From: a virus
Lineage: Duplodnaviria; Caudoviricetes
Reading direction: 5' to 3' (one strand)
Virus record (IMG/VR): IMGVR_UViG_3300036760_000108
Coordinates: 1 to 58,802 of that record
DNA length: 58,802 nucleotides
The notes beneath the pieces are model-generated. The model did no database searches and had not been told where the DNA came from. It saw nothing but the letters and a program-made list of their open reading frames with translations. The stretch's first letter is position 1. Each line of letters starts with the position of its first letter. Positions 8,435-18,372 of this stretch are shown here, in pieces. Position numbers and translations under genes: made by a program.

Positions 8435-10060
8435 TTAACGATCACCCCCATTAGTATTATGAAACGCTTCACGGTCTAGGCTCATGGTACGCTCATCATC
8501 TGTCATCGGCAATTGTGCTATGCGCTCTTGCGCGTTACGCTCTGCTCTTTGTGCCGCCATTCCGTCATCTGGCCTTTGCCCGCTTGTATCTACAGGATAC
8601 CCGCCGATTGTTTCCGCAATTGACCACCCATAAAATTCAGGCGTGCCCGTCATCATCTGATAGGCCGTAACTTGGAGAGTAGCATTATCAATTCTAATGT
8701 TTTGTACGTCTCTCATCTCGTCATAGTGCGTAACCGTTAAAGTTTGCCCGCGCAATGTTTCAACGGCGGCCCGCATTGATTCGGCGGTAAGCACTCCGGC
8801 CCTCGGCTCTATGTTATTTGTCCTATGTATCACCACGTTAGACGGTGAGGCCGTGACAGCCTCGGCGGGCTCTTCCTCATCTGATACAGCCCATGGCCCT
8901 CTATGGTTACGCTCACAGTCTCGGCACACTCTCCCCCCGCAATACTCCCCCTCATCGTGCCTATTGTCTCGGCATGTGTAACAGTCCGGCGCATCTCCAC
9001 AATTGCCGCCCTCGTGACAATATTCACACTCGTTAGGCTCACAGTCACCGTCATCATGCGTTTGTGAATTACAACGGCCTTCCTCACCACATCCACAAGG
9101 GCACGAGTCATCATTGCTATCATCATCCTCTGAGCGGTTCGGCTCTGTAGCTTGATTATCGGAATAGAATTTCTTTAGCCGTCCTTTCAATTCACATTCC
9201 GCATTGTGCAAGGCAATCAATGGCCTATCAAACGCGCTCCATTCAATGCCTAAGCTTTTCAATTGACTATAGACCCATGCGGGTATAGGTTCATGCCGTT
9301 TATCTAAAGGCTTTACGTCTTCAATGATAGCTTTCAGCACATCAGAGAGCATATCAATAGAGGCCTTGCGGCTTTCAAACGGTCTATGCGCTATCTTCCA
9401 TCCTTCACGGCCTAAAAGCATACAGAAGGTAGACCATGCTAATACATATTTCCATCGATGAGTATTCCCTAGCAAGCGTACCTCTACCGTGCGTATGCCA
9501 CTAGGCCGGAATATCTCTACAGTGTTTAGCCAATGATACCGCCGTGAGTTATTGTACTTTGTAGACTCAAAACGTGTGCCCGCTTTCGTCTCTTCAATCT
9601 TTCGACAATAGCTATTAGATTTCCTTGCATCTGGTACGGCCTGAAATGCAAGGTCTTCTATATCCTTAGCTAGTGACTCGGTAGCAATGGCCCATTGCCG
9701 CAAGCGTGCCATTGACGCGCCTTGTATTCCCATATGCACATGATACCCGCATGACTTATCAGTATTAAGGCTAGGCGCGTGTACCAAATCTTTCAAGAGG
9801 CCTAGTACAAACTTAGGCGAACGTGTGACGGCGGGCAATACAACATATTCCGTACCGTCACCGTTTACGCTTCCATCACTGATTACATTTACTCCGGCTG
9901 GTACTCGTGCCGCACTATGGTTAGCCTCTAATTCCCAACCTAGCGAAAATTTAAACTTAGGGACGGGCGGCTCATAGGTGTACGTGTTGCGTGTGGAGCT
10001 ATACCGCACAATATTAGCCGGATGGTTCGGGCTAAGTATGCTTTCATTATTGGAAGGCAT
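8435..10060 (-). CDS. Putative amidoligase (COOH-NH2 ligase, Amidoligase_2) with Cys-rich extension
   Basis: GWELE, DGSV, SCGYHVH, RYHWLN, TVEVR motifs; adjacent to GATase-II. Confidence 0.85.
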   Translation of the reverse strand: MPSNNESILSPNHPANIVRYSSTRNTYTYEPPVPKFKFSLGWELEANHSAARVPAGVNVISDGSVNGDGTEYVVLPAVTRSPKFVLGLLKDLVHAPSLNTDKSCGYHVHMGIQGASMARLRQWAIATESLAKDIEDLAFQAVPDARKSNSYCRKIEETKAGTRFESTKYNNSRRYHWLNTVEIFRPSGIRTVEVRLLGNTHRWKYVLAWSTFCMLLGREGWKIAHRPFESRKASIDMLSDVLKAIIEDVKPLDKRHEPIPAWVYSQLKSLGIEWSAFDRPLIALHNAECELKGRLKKFYSDNQATEPNRSEDDDSNDDSCPCGCGEEGRCNSQTHDDGDCEPNECEYCHEGGNCGDAPDCYTCRDNRHDEGEYCGGRVCRDCERNHRGPWAVSDEEEPAEAVTASPSNVVIHRTNNIEPRAGVLTAESMRAAVETLRGQTLTVTHYDEMRDVQNIRIDNATLQVTAYQMMTGTPEFYGWSIAETIGGYPVDTSGQRPDDGMAAQRAERNAQERIAQLPMTDDERTMSLDREAFHNTNGGDR

Positions 10061-10062
10061 GA

Positions 10063-10320
10063 TTATTTTACCCCCACAATTTGAAGGTTAGAGGCAAGCG
10101 CATCAAACCATTCTTGAGCCTTGGTACCCGTTGCCGTCGGCATCCATTTATTGACATGGCGGCTAGTGGTAACGCTCCATTGTTTCTCTGTTTTGAAGTG
10201 TTGCCATTTTCCATCTAGCACCACGCTACACGCTACAGGTGTACGATAGCTAAAGAGTATCACAAGCTCGTCATTGATTGTGACCTCTGTTTGATTCGCG
10301 CCTAGTGGTCTGAGAGTCAT
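10063..10320 (-). CDS. Conserved phage early hypothetical protein
   Basis: LFSYRTPVA...WSVTTSRHVNKW pattern. Confidence 0.65.
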   Translation of the reverse strand: MTLRPLGANQTEVTINDELVILFSYRTPVACSVVLDGKWQHFKTEKQWSVTTSRHVNKWMPTATGTKAQEWFDALASNLQIVGVK

Positions 10321-10493
10321 TTAGTCCCCCTTTTGTTTATCGGCAAGATCGCGCCACATCCACACAAGCGCGTCTTTCGTATTGCCTATTTCTATGTACA
10401 TCTCTATGACGCGCTCACGAATACGCGCCGTGCGCTCTTCGGTGCTCATCGTCTCAAGCTCTTTGATACTTACTTTTCCCATGAGTTAGTCTA

Positions 10494-10808
10494 TCAGGAG
10501 TTTTGCAAACTTTCAAGGCTTTTTCCTGAATTTGTCACAAGCTCATCTAATTTCTTTTGAAAACAAGCGTTACATCTACAGGCCGCTAAATGCTCTGCAT
10601 TATTCGCTATGATAGGTGTATCAATTCCTATCAGGTGAGGCTTTAACCATCCGGCCTCGGCCTCTTTGACAATCTGGGCCGCCGTCCTGCCCGTCACTTT
10701 CTCCGGCCTCACGATTGATTTAAGACCGTGAAACATTCGCTTGTGCTCCTCGTACTCGTGAAATGTTTTAAAGACAATCCGCCCGCATAAGGCGCAATGA
10801 TGAGGCAT
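10494..10808 (-). CDS. C2H2/Cys-containing hypothetical protein
   Basis: CALC...H...H plus CRCNAC; GGGG RBS. Confidence 0.55.
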   Translation of the reverse strand: MPHHCALCGRIVFKTFHEYEEHKRMFHGLKSIVRPEKVTGRTAAQIVKEAEAGWLKPHLIGIDTPIIANNAEHLAACRCNACFQKKLDELVTNSGKSLESLQNS

Positions 10809-10986
10809 CCTATCCCCCTTAATCGTTTGTAAGCAATTCAACGGCAAACGCTAACAGCACAAGACCCGCAATGCCGCCTATGATCCACGTTGTAAGAGTC
10901 TCGGCAAGGTTCATAGCAATCTATCCCCCTTTGTTATGACTATCCAACAAATCAAAAGGCCCAACAATCCCCACATATTCAACATG

Positions 10987-11205
10987 TTAAAACCATTTGA
11001 TAACGCCTAGCTCTTTCAATCCCTCTACCGTGCGCGTGCTATGATTGAAGGGCCGCAAGGCGTGACCGTCCGGCGCGTGTACATTCCACATTCTACCATC
11101 TATGCCGTGCTCTAAAGCCCATGCCATTTTTTCTTTTGATCCCTTGAGATATTCCAGCTTCACACGCTGTAAAGGTATCTCGGTATCGAATCTAGGAAGT
11201 AGCAT
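10987..11205 (-). CDS. Hypothetical protein
   Basis: ORF, GGGGG RBS. Confidence 0.55.
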   Translation of the reverse strand: MLLPRFDTEIPLQRVKLEYLKGSKEKMAWALEHGIDGRMWNVHAPDGHALRPFNHSTRTVEGLKELGVIKWF

Positions 11206-11400
11206 TTAGTTTTCCCCCGTTTCCATTTTACAAAGGCGGTACCATTTCCAGCGTATCACCTCACCGTCACCTATGCCCGCTAAGGCGTCTATTGTCTTAC
11301 CAAGGATATGATAGCTCATCTCCTCGTGAGACATGCCCGCCATCTCTCCGGCCTTGTAGGGAATGAGGCTATAATCTCCGGCTCTCTTTTCCATACTCAT
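11206..11400 (-). CDS. Hypothetical protein
   Basis: ORF, GGGGG RBS before ATG 11400. Confidence 0.5.
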   Translation of the reverse strand: MSMEKRAGDYSLIPYKAGEMAGMSHEEMSYHILGKTIDALAGIGDGEVIRWKWYRLCKMETGEN

Positions 11401-11611
11401 ATCTACCCCCAAAACTCCAAGAGTGCAAGGCCTATTTTTCCTTGTTAAGTAATGTTTCCGTGCGTGCTAGGTATGCTCCGGCTATTTCTATCATCATTTT
11501 TTCATACCTAGGCATGTAATGAGCCACTTTATTTTTCCTGCTATTAGCGTTATACCATGCTACCGCTTCCATGCAATCATTGAAGGCGTCAAGCTCTCTA
11601 TCATTCATGAT

Positions 11612-11893
11612 CTAGACTCCTCTCCTCTCATCGTCTGATTGCTCACGGTTACAACATGCCTCGGCCTCATCCTCGTTATCATACTCGGTATCACACTCAC
11701 CACATAACCAGTTACTATCTTGCGTGCCCTCATAGTCACTCTTGCCACATCTAAAGGCCGTAGGGTCTAACTCTTTGAGTACCCGCCCGCTACTAAAGGT
11801 ATACCCGCATATCTCTACCTCTCCAAAGATTTCATCTAGCATGTCCTCGTATTCCTGCTCTGTCATCTCGTATTCTACCTCTCGTGCTTTCAT
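11612..11893 (-). CDS. Acidic early protein (possible DNA mimic)
   Basis: Very D/E rich; VLKELDPTAFRCG motif; GAGG RBS. Confidence 0.6.
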   Translation of the reverse strand: MKAREVEYEMTEQEYEDMLDEIFGEVEICGYTFSSGRVLKELDPTAFRCGKSDYEGTQDSNWLCGECDTEYDNEDEAEACCNREQSDDERRGV

Positions 11894-12097
11894 TTCATCA
11901 CCTCATCAAAGAAGGTTAGAAGAAAATACCATAGCTTGTCTATCAAGCTCATTCTGTCACCTCACTATCGACGGTGCCCACACAATACAAAGAGCCTTTG
12001 AAGTCTTTCACAATCAGGTTACCTAGTAATTGCGTAGAGGTACGCTTGAATTGATACCGCCATATCATGTCTTTGATCCGTGCCACAAGATAGCCAA

Positions 12098-12352
12098 TCA
12101 TTGCAAGGCCTCATCAAGTGTATTCTCAATGCGGGCTAAGTCTTCTAACCATCTCTCATCCTCTCCGGCCTCTATCTCCGGCCCTAGCTCACCACTACGC
12201 ACGGCTAAGGCCTTGCTACTCAAGGCCTCTCTAACCTCGTCCCAGTCATCACGGCTCAAGGTGACAGAGACAAAAAGGCTATTGACCTCATCACATCGGC
12301 ACAATTGCCCGACGTACTCACCGCACATGGTACATATTCCCGTCACGCTCAT
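12098..12352 (-). CDS. Hypothetical acidic protein
   Basis: ORF with CxxC..CxC N-terminus. Confidence 0.55.
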   Translation of the reverse strand: MSVTGICTMCGEYVGQLCRCDEVNSLFVSVTLSRDDWDEVREALSSKALAVRSGELGPEIEAGEDERWLEDLARIENTLDEALQ

Positions 12353-12570
12353 TTATTCCCCCTCTCTAGTTTGTAGTCCGGCACATGCTCTAGATACCAT
12401 CCAAAGTCGTACAGCGGCTTTCTCGTCTGAGCCTTTAGAATCTCTACCCATGCCGTCATCTGCTCTTGATAGGATGGTACATCAATCCTATACTCTTGTC
12501 GCTCTGCTCCATTGTGATAGGTCATCGGCACACAACCCGCCGATACTCTTTCTTTTCTCTCAATCGTCAT
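12349..12570 (-). CDS. Hypothetical protein, first gene of early operon
   Basis: ATG 5 nt after TATAAT. Confidence 0.55.
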   Translation of the reverse strand: MTIERKERVSAGCVPMTYHNGAERQEYRIDVPSYQEQMTAWVEILKAQTRKPLYDFGWYLEHVPDYKLERGNK

Positions 12571-12575
12571 GCTCC

Positions 12576-12603
12576 ATTATAACAGGATGCGGCTATTTGT
12601 CAA
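12576..12603 (-). promoter_or_regulatory. Consensus sigma70 early promoter
   Basis: TTGACA-16 nt-TATAAT, TG extended. Confidence 0.8.
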
Positions 12604-12776
12604 TGAGTCAAAAGACTCATTCTCTCAGGCATTAGCATACCTTCGACAAGGCCCATAATTTTATTTGCTTATTTGACGGCATGATTATAATGTATCTGTA
12701 GACATTCTATTTTGTGGTGTTTCTCGTAGATCATATCTATAACATGCGTTGATTCGCGGATAAAAGCATGATAACA

Positions 12777-13145
12777 GGGACCTATATAGTGTATGAGTAA
12801 CTATAAAGGCTACCATCTTGACCGTAAGGGCAAGCCTCAAGGTGAGAGGTGATAACACCTCGAACGTGAGACGGCGGGGGTGGAACCCCTCAAGCCGTCG
12901 CAACCGTAACAGCCTGACTAATAGCCATTGAGGGGGTTTAAGGGGGATTCATAAGCTTGTGAGGTAACATGCACGCGCTAAGCTACACGTTGCCGCCCGT
13001 CTGATCGAAATGAAATCATAGCGTATTGTAGCGTTGTTTCATTCACTTTGTAGACATTCATATGTCACTATTAAATGATCTTTCATACCTAAAAGACAAT
13101 ACGTTTTATGTATTTAAATGCATAAAGAGGGACCTATATAGTGTA
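12777..13145 (+). repeat. Two copies of GGGACCTATATAGTGTA (12777-12793, 13129-13145)
   Basis: Exact 17-mers with further upstream similarity (TAAAwGCAT). Confidence 0.8.
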
Positions 13146-13435
13146 CAGTATGTGCCTATGGTACGCCTGTACTTGATATCTCAAGGTTTTAGATGGTCTT
13201 CCATGATTGCCGCCTTTGAGCGCAATAATCTAACCTATTAGGCCATACCTAACCTTATCGGTATCCTTTCTTATAGCGTCATGCTGTATGTGGTGTTCAT
13301 GGCCTAAACGTCGTTATCAATTCACCACGTTATCACGCATTGATTAATAGGAGATTAAATGATTCTATGCCGATTAACGCGCTGTATGCGCTCATCGGTA
13401 TGAAGGTATTTCATTGAATTTAAACAGGAGTATTC

Positions 13436-13834
13436 ATGCCATTTGTCAAAGGTAATCAGCTAGGCAAGGCGAACCTAGGCCGCAAGAAAGAATCAAAGAA
13501 AACCATCTGGCTAATGGAGAGCTTGCAAGAGCACGGTTACAACTATGAGGCAATGCTTGTAGGATTCCTACAGAAGGCCGCTAAGGGGGATAGGTTAGCC
13601 TTAGACATGGCGCACCTGCTCGTTAAGATGGTGCCACATATGGCGAACGCACCGAAGCAGGACGTAGGCCAGACCATGATAGAGACGCTAGTGATTAACC
13701 GATTTGATAGTTCTGGTACACCAAGACTATATCAGACTGGTACACCGTCTGATGAAGCAGGGAAAGCAGTAGAGAGCATTGAGCCGCCCGCCGTCGATGC
13801 TGAAATCATTCAGGATGAGGAACACAACGCTTAA
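13436..13834 (+). CDS. terS: Terminase small subunit (putative)
   Basis: MPFVKGNQLG...GRKK N-terminus typical of TerS; upstream of TerL. Confidence 0.6.
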   Translation: MPFVKGNQLGKANLGRKKESKKTIWLMESLQEHGYNYEAMLVGFLQKAAKGDRLALDMAHLLVKMVPHMANAPKQDVGQTMIETLVINRFDSSGTPRLYQTGTPSDEAGKAVESIEPPAVDAEIIQDEEHNA

Positions 13835-14154
13835 CAAGTGAGCCGTCGTTAACAGTCCTTGTTGTTACGTTGAGACGGTAAGTCTAGTTAACTTAACACA
13901 TCCTCGACGGTAGATTGATCGTCATGGGAGGGGGAGCCCCTTCGGAAGGGATGCATGTACTGTACGTGAACAAGCCTATAGCTAAAAATCACCAAATTGA
14001 CCCCATGTGAGAACAGATTTAAAAATCAATACGATTTGATGTCATTACATTTGATATGTAGCAGATACCATCAGAGGGAAGTTACCGCACATAGAATATA
14101 ACGACAGGAGCCTACTCGTGGAGTCAGGTCACCATTCGTTAACGAGGAGCTAAT

Positions 14155-14304
14155 ATGACTGATGAAATCGTCAACGCCAAGAGACACACTCTTGAAGTCA
14201 AGTCTTCATTCGTCAATCCCAGTAACGTGAATCCACACTTTGAGCATCCCGAAGCTTATGGACTCCATGAGCCGCGACCACACCCGGAAACACTCACTCG
14301 ATAA
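14155..14304 (+). CDS. Hypothetical protein (49 aa)
   Basis: GAGGAG RBS; TAATG coupling to next gene. Confidence 0.55.
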   Translation: MTDEIVNAKRHTLEVKSSFVNPSNVNPHFEHPEAYGLHEPRPHPETLTR

Positions 14305-14552
14305 TGTTTAGCTTCAAGAAGAAACCGGCGGGGCCTCCGGCCCTCACTAGCTTGGATGTCAAAGTCTACGAATTAGAGATGCGAATCCTTGGTATGGAAC
14401 AAGCAATTGTGGAGCTGTGTCACCATCTTAAAGACCACCTGGACCGGATAGACCACAACACTGTGATGCTTGACAAGAATATGCACAATTTAGCCTCGAT
14501 GACTTTGAGGTCCCCAAAGGATCTCTTGGATGGAGGCCAGGAGATCAACTAA
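14304..14552 (+). CDS. Hypothetical coiled-coil protein
   Basis: ORF with heptad pattern. Confidence 0.55.
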   Translation: MFSFKKKPAGPPALTSLDVKVYELEMRILGMEQAIVELCHHLKDHLDRIDHNTVMLDKNMHNLASMTLRSPKDLLDGGQEIN

Positions 14553-15909
14553 CATGGTGGAGGAAGCGAATCAAAAACAGATTACTTTCACCCCTCACAG
14601 GCATCAACAGCAAGTTCTAGATTCAGAAGCAGAACAGATGTTAGTTGTTGCCGGTCACCGAAGTGGTAAAACCACAGTAGGTGCAATTTGGTTGATCCGC
14701 GAAATCGCAAACGATATTAAAAATGGAGTCAAAGCTGATTACCTGATCCTTGGCCCGACGTACCGAGTGTTGAACCAGTCCACTTTACGTACTCTTTTTA
14801 ATTACTGGCCTAAAGGCTTAGGCACATATAAGAAACAAGACAGCATAATCCAGTTGGTAAATGGCGGCGTTGTGTGGGTACGGTCTGCAGACAAACCGGA
14901 CGCCGTAGAAGGTTTGACGGCCCGCAGATGTTGGATGGACGAAGCTGCGCTCTGTAACGAAACGACCTACGATAAGGTCTGTCAGCGCTTGGTTCAGAAA
15001 GCCGGAGAACCTAAAGGCCGGCTCTTGATGACGACCACGCCTTATGGTAGCCCGTCATCGTGGATGAACCTCCGCCTGATCCAGTTGAGAAATCAACTCA
15101 ATTGGTTGTTCTACGTGAACTTCTCGATGGCCGACAATCCGTACATCGACCGGGCAGTGTATGACCGGGCGAAAGCCACCATGAATGAAAGTGTGTTCAT
15201 GCGGGATTTTCAAGGTATTTTCGTCAAGATCGAAGGACTCATTTACCCAGAGTTTAGCCGGCTCGATCACGTTGTGGAACCGTTTGAGATTCCAAGTCAC
15301 TGGCCGAAGTGGTCAGGGCTCGATTATGGATGGTCAGACCCCACGTCGATTCTAGGAATCACTTTTGATCCAGAAAGCAAGCAGTTTTATGTGTTCACTC
15401 AATTTTACAAAAATCGCCAATTAGCTGAAAAGATCGGCATGTTTCTGAATGAGAAGAAATTCAGTTTCACAATCTGGGACCCAGCAGCCGTGGCTGTTAT
15501 GAATGAAGTACGGTCGGTATGTAAGCTACGTATGGAACAGGCTGATAACTCAGTCGATATTGGGATTCAGCGTATCACAAAATTACTGAAAGAGAATCGG
15601 ATTAAGGTATTTGACACATGTGAGGATTTTATACGAGAAATAGAAGGTTATTGCTATGAAAAGAATGGCTCTTCTAAACCTGGTCATGACTGCAGCCATA
15701 GTCCTGACGCTTTACGGTACGGTTTCTCTAGGAGCTTGGCAGGGGTTTACGACCTTGTGCGGGTGGGTGGCATTGCGAGAAAAAGAACGAATTCAGGATA
15801 TGATCCGTTAGATCTTCATAAAAAACAAACGGCGGCAAAAGCAGAACGTGATATAACAGAACTTATGCCTTATAAATCATTTACAAGTCTCACCAATGAG
15901 GAAGTTTAA
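14530..15909 (+). CDS. terL: Terminase large subunit
   Basis: Walker A GHRSGKT, Walker B WMDEA, TTTP, nuclease GLDYGWSDP, HSPDALRY; start may be 14554. Confidence 0.95.
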   Translation: MEARRSTNMVEEANQKQITFTPHRHQQQVLDSEAEQMLVVAGHRSGKTTVGAIWLIREIANDIKNGVKADYLILGPTYRVLNQSTLRTLFNYWPKGLGTYKKQDSIIQLVNGGVVWVRSADKPDAVEGLTARRCWMDEAALCNETTYDKVCQRLVQKAGEPKGRLLMTTTPYGSPSSWMNLRLIQLRNQLNWLFYVNFSMADNPYIDRAVYDRAKATMNESVFMRDFQGIFVKIEGLIYPEFSRLDHVVEPFEIPSHWPKWSGLDYGWSDPTSILGITFDPESKQFYVFTQFYKNRQLAEKIGMFLNEKKFSFTIWDPAAVAVMNEVRSVCKLRMEQADNSVDIGIQRITKLLKENRIKVFDTCEDFIREIEGYCYEKNGSSKPGHDCSHSPDALRYGFSRSLAGVYDLVRVGGIARKRTNSGYDPLDLHKKQTAAKAERDITELMPYKSFTSLTNEEV

Positions 15910-15914
15910 AACCT

Positions 15915-18023
15915 ATGGATTTTGAAGAGCAAGACGATAAGCTTCAAGAAATTGAAGATCAAGAGGGTGAAGAACAGCTTGATCAAATTTCTGGCGATAG
16001 CCCTATTCAAATCGAAGTTCCTGAAGATTATGTAAAGCCTGATAGTGATTCCGAAGATGCATATGCAATGGGCGTTCAGAAAGACATGACTTCCAAATTC
16101 ATTGGTGATTTGATTGAACGTGAGAACTGGCGCAGAGCTTATGAGTTACTATGGTGGCAGATTTACGTGGCCTACATGTCAGGAAACGTGGCTACACGCA
16201 CTCCTACGCGCAGTAAGGTATTCATCCCCCTAATCTTCCAGATCATTGAAACCGCCACACCGAAGTTAATCAGTTTCACATCCGGAAATGAATCTCTTTT
16301 TGATGTTGTGGCTAATGATATCAATGAAGCTGAAATTGCCAAAAATATCAAACGTCTCTTGGCTGACCAATTTGACAAAACTGAATTTGACGATAAATAC
16401 GAGACGTTTTTGAAGCAACTCCTCATGTATGGCACCAGTTACTTCTGGGTGGATTGGGAAGTGGAATGGCAGTGGAAAGTCAACCGCACCCCAAAAGTGA
16501 TGCGATTTGTAGATGAAAATGGCGTCAACCAAGAGAAGACGACCTATGAAACAAACAAGCGGTATGAGATTGTTGGTCGGAAACCGAAGTTGACTGTGCT
16601 CGACGTTTTGGATGTTTTCCCATCTCAGGACCATGCCGAGGTAAATAATCAGCCTTCCGTCATGATACGACGTTTCATTAATCGTGACGAATTTGCGCGT
16701 ATTTGTGACTCTCCGCAACCTTACTTTGGAAATAAAGATGCTGCTTTAGCTACTGGTGCTTCTATCAAATACCAGGAAACACGGCAGTGGAGAAAGACAG
16801 CTCGTGGTGAAATTACAACGGTTTCTCCGAAGGATATTGAATTAATTGAAGTTTGGGGATATTGGGATCTCGATGGGGATGACAAACCAGAACCATGTCA
16901 AGTTGTTATTGCAAATCGACAAGTTGTAGTTCGTGCTGTTCCTAATCCATTTGACCATCAAGAGATTCCATTAGTTAAAGTTAATTTCTGCAAGGTCCCA
17001 TTTGAATGGTTTGGTATTGGGCTTGTGGAACCTGTTTTGACGCTACAAAATGAAACGAATCTTGTTCGAAGACAACGACTGGACAATGTAAATATTTTGA
17101 TCAATCAGATGTATAAAGTGCTGGCCACAGATACTAGTATTGATGTGGACAAAGTAGCATCTAGTCCCTCTGGCGTGATCCTTGTAGATGCTATGGAAAA
17201 TCTACAACCAATTACGCGTACAGATGTTACCACAAGTGCTTATCAGGATGCACAAGCCATTCAGCAAGATATGTTCAATGCAACGGTTCCCTCGTCATTG
17301 ACCGGCAGTATTGATGATATGCAAGGTGACAAGAAAGGCATTGGGCTTGGTGTGGCCAAAGTTGCTGTGTCACAAGCTATGGAGAAGTTTGCTACAGCAG
17401 CCAAAGCTATTGAGACGAAAGGAATCAAACATGTCCTTCGTCTTTTCTACATGCTTGATTTGCAGTATCTAACGAATTCTGAAGTGATTCGAGCGTTCTA
17501 CGGCCATCTGTTCCCGGCTCCGGCCATTGTCACGCCGGCCATGATCCGTACAGCAGCTGGGGTAAACTTCAAGATGACTGTGCTCTCAGAAATGGTGAAT
17601 CGAGATCAGAAAGTTAATCAGATGTCTACATACTTCACATTAGCACAGCAGCAGTTGGCACCAGAGTCTATCGACATCATTTTAAAGCAAATCTGGGAAC
17701 TAATGGGTTTTGACTCAAAAGATATTCGTGCAGCGGCATTGAATCCGAAACCGCAGATTCCTGATGTAGGTGGAGCTGGCATTCCAGGTTTGACAACGTC
17801 CGGTGCACCCCCCATTAATCTGCCGGCCCCAGGCGTAGCGGGTGCAGGTATGCCGAGTCCGACAGCAGCAGCTGGCAAAGCAATTTTACAAGCGCATACA
17901 GCTTCAACTCCTGTACCTAGATTGCCTATTAGTCCATTAGCAAAGAGTATTGTACCACAAATGAACAGTGGGGTTGGACATGTTAATTTGCCAGGAATCC
18001 CATCTGGACCTGGTGGACTATAA
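15915..18023 (+). CDS. Portal protein (P22-like podovirus type)
   Basis: 702 aa after TerL; SKVFIP, WFGIGLVE, RQRLDN; Pro-rich tail. Confidence 0.85.
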   Translation: MDFEEQDDKLQEIEDQEGEEQLDQISGDSPIQIEVPEDYVKPDSDSEDAYAMGVQKDMTSKFIGDLIERENWRRAYELLWWQIYVAYMSGNVATRTPTRSKVFIPLIFQIIETATPKLISFTSGNESLFDVVANDINEAEIAKNIKRLLADQFDKTEFDDKYETFLKQLLMYGTSYFWVDWEVEWQWKVNRTPKVMRFVDENGVNQEKTTYETNKRYEIVGRKPKLTVLDVLDVFPSQDHAEVNNQPSVMIRRFINRDEFARICDSPQPYFGNKDAALATGASIKYQETRQWRKTARGEITTVSPKDIELIEVWGYWDLDGDDKPEPCQVVIANRQVVVRAVPNPFDHQEIPLVKVNFCKVPFEWFGIGLVEPVLTLQNETNLVRRQRLDNVNILINQMYKVLATDTSIDVDKVASSPSGVILVDAMENLQPITRTDVTTSAYQDAQAIQQDMFNATVPSSLTGSIDDMQGDKKGIGLGVAKVAVSQAMEKFATAAKAIETKGIKHVLRLFYMLDLQYLTNSEVIRAFYGHLFPAPAIVTPAMIRTAAGVNFKMTVLSEMVNRDQKVNQMSTYFTLAQQQLAPESIDIILKQIWELMGFDSKDIRAAALNPKPQIPDVGGAGIPGLTTSGAPPINLPAPGVAGAGMPSPTAAAGKAILQAHTASTPVPRLPISPLAKSIVPQMNSGVGHVNLPGIPSGPGGL

Positions 18024-18024
18024 T

Positions 18025-18201
18025 ATGCCTTTTCGTAGTGAAGCACAAAGACGTTATCTTTGGATGAAAGAACCAAAAGTTGCAAAAGAATTTGCTGCGG
18101 CTACACCGAAAGGAACCAAGTTGCCCAAGTATGTAAAGAAGGTCGAAGCTAAGAGTCGCGCATACTCTGGTTTTATGAAAGGATTATCTAAGGGGAAATA
18201 A
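18025..18201 (+). CDS. Small basic virion-region protein
   Basis: MPFRSEAQRRYLW...KLPKYV conserved phage peptide pattern. Confidence 0.7.
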   Translation: MPFRSEAQRRYLWMKEPKVAKEFAAATPKGTKLPKYVKKVEAKSRAYSGFMKGLSKGK

Positions 18202-18372
18202 ATGGAGATGTCTTTAGCGGAGAGGATCATTAGGGCTGAGAAGACAGAAGAATTGCAACGACTTCGGAATGGATTGATTGAGACATTTAAGAATCTTCCC
18301 AATGCAGAAGAGATTGTGGATCGAGATTATAACGTCCTTCGGGATGAATTAACAAAGAGAGGGGCTCTTTAA
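18202..18372 (+). CDS. Hypothetical protein (56 aa)
   Basis: Read manually; coupled to both neighbours. Confidence 0.55.
   Translation: MEMSLAERIIRAEKTEELQRLRNGLIETFKNLPNAEEIVDRDYNVLRDELTKRGAL

Noticed and set aside
9005-9035. CEYCH as a c-type haem site
   Set aside because: Single occurrence in a protein without an export signal; better explained by the Cys/His repeat junction
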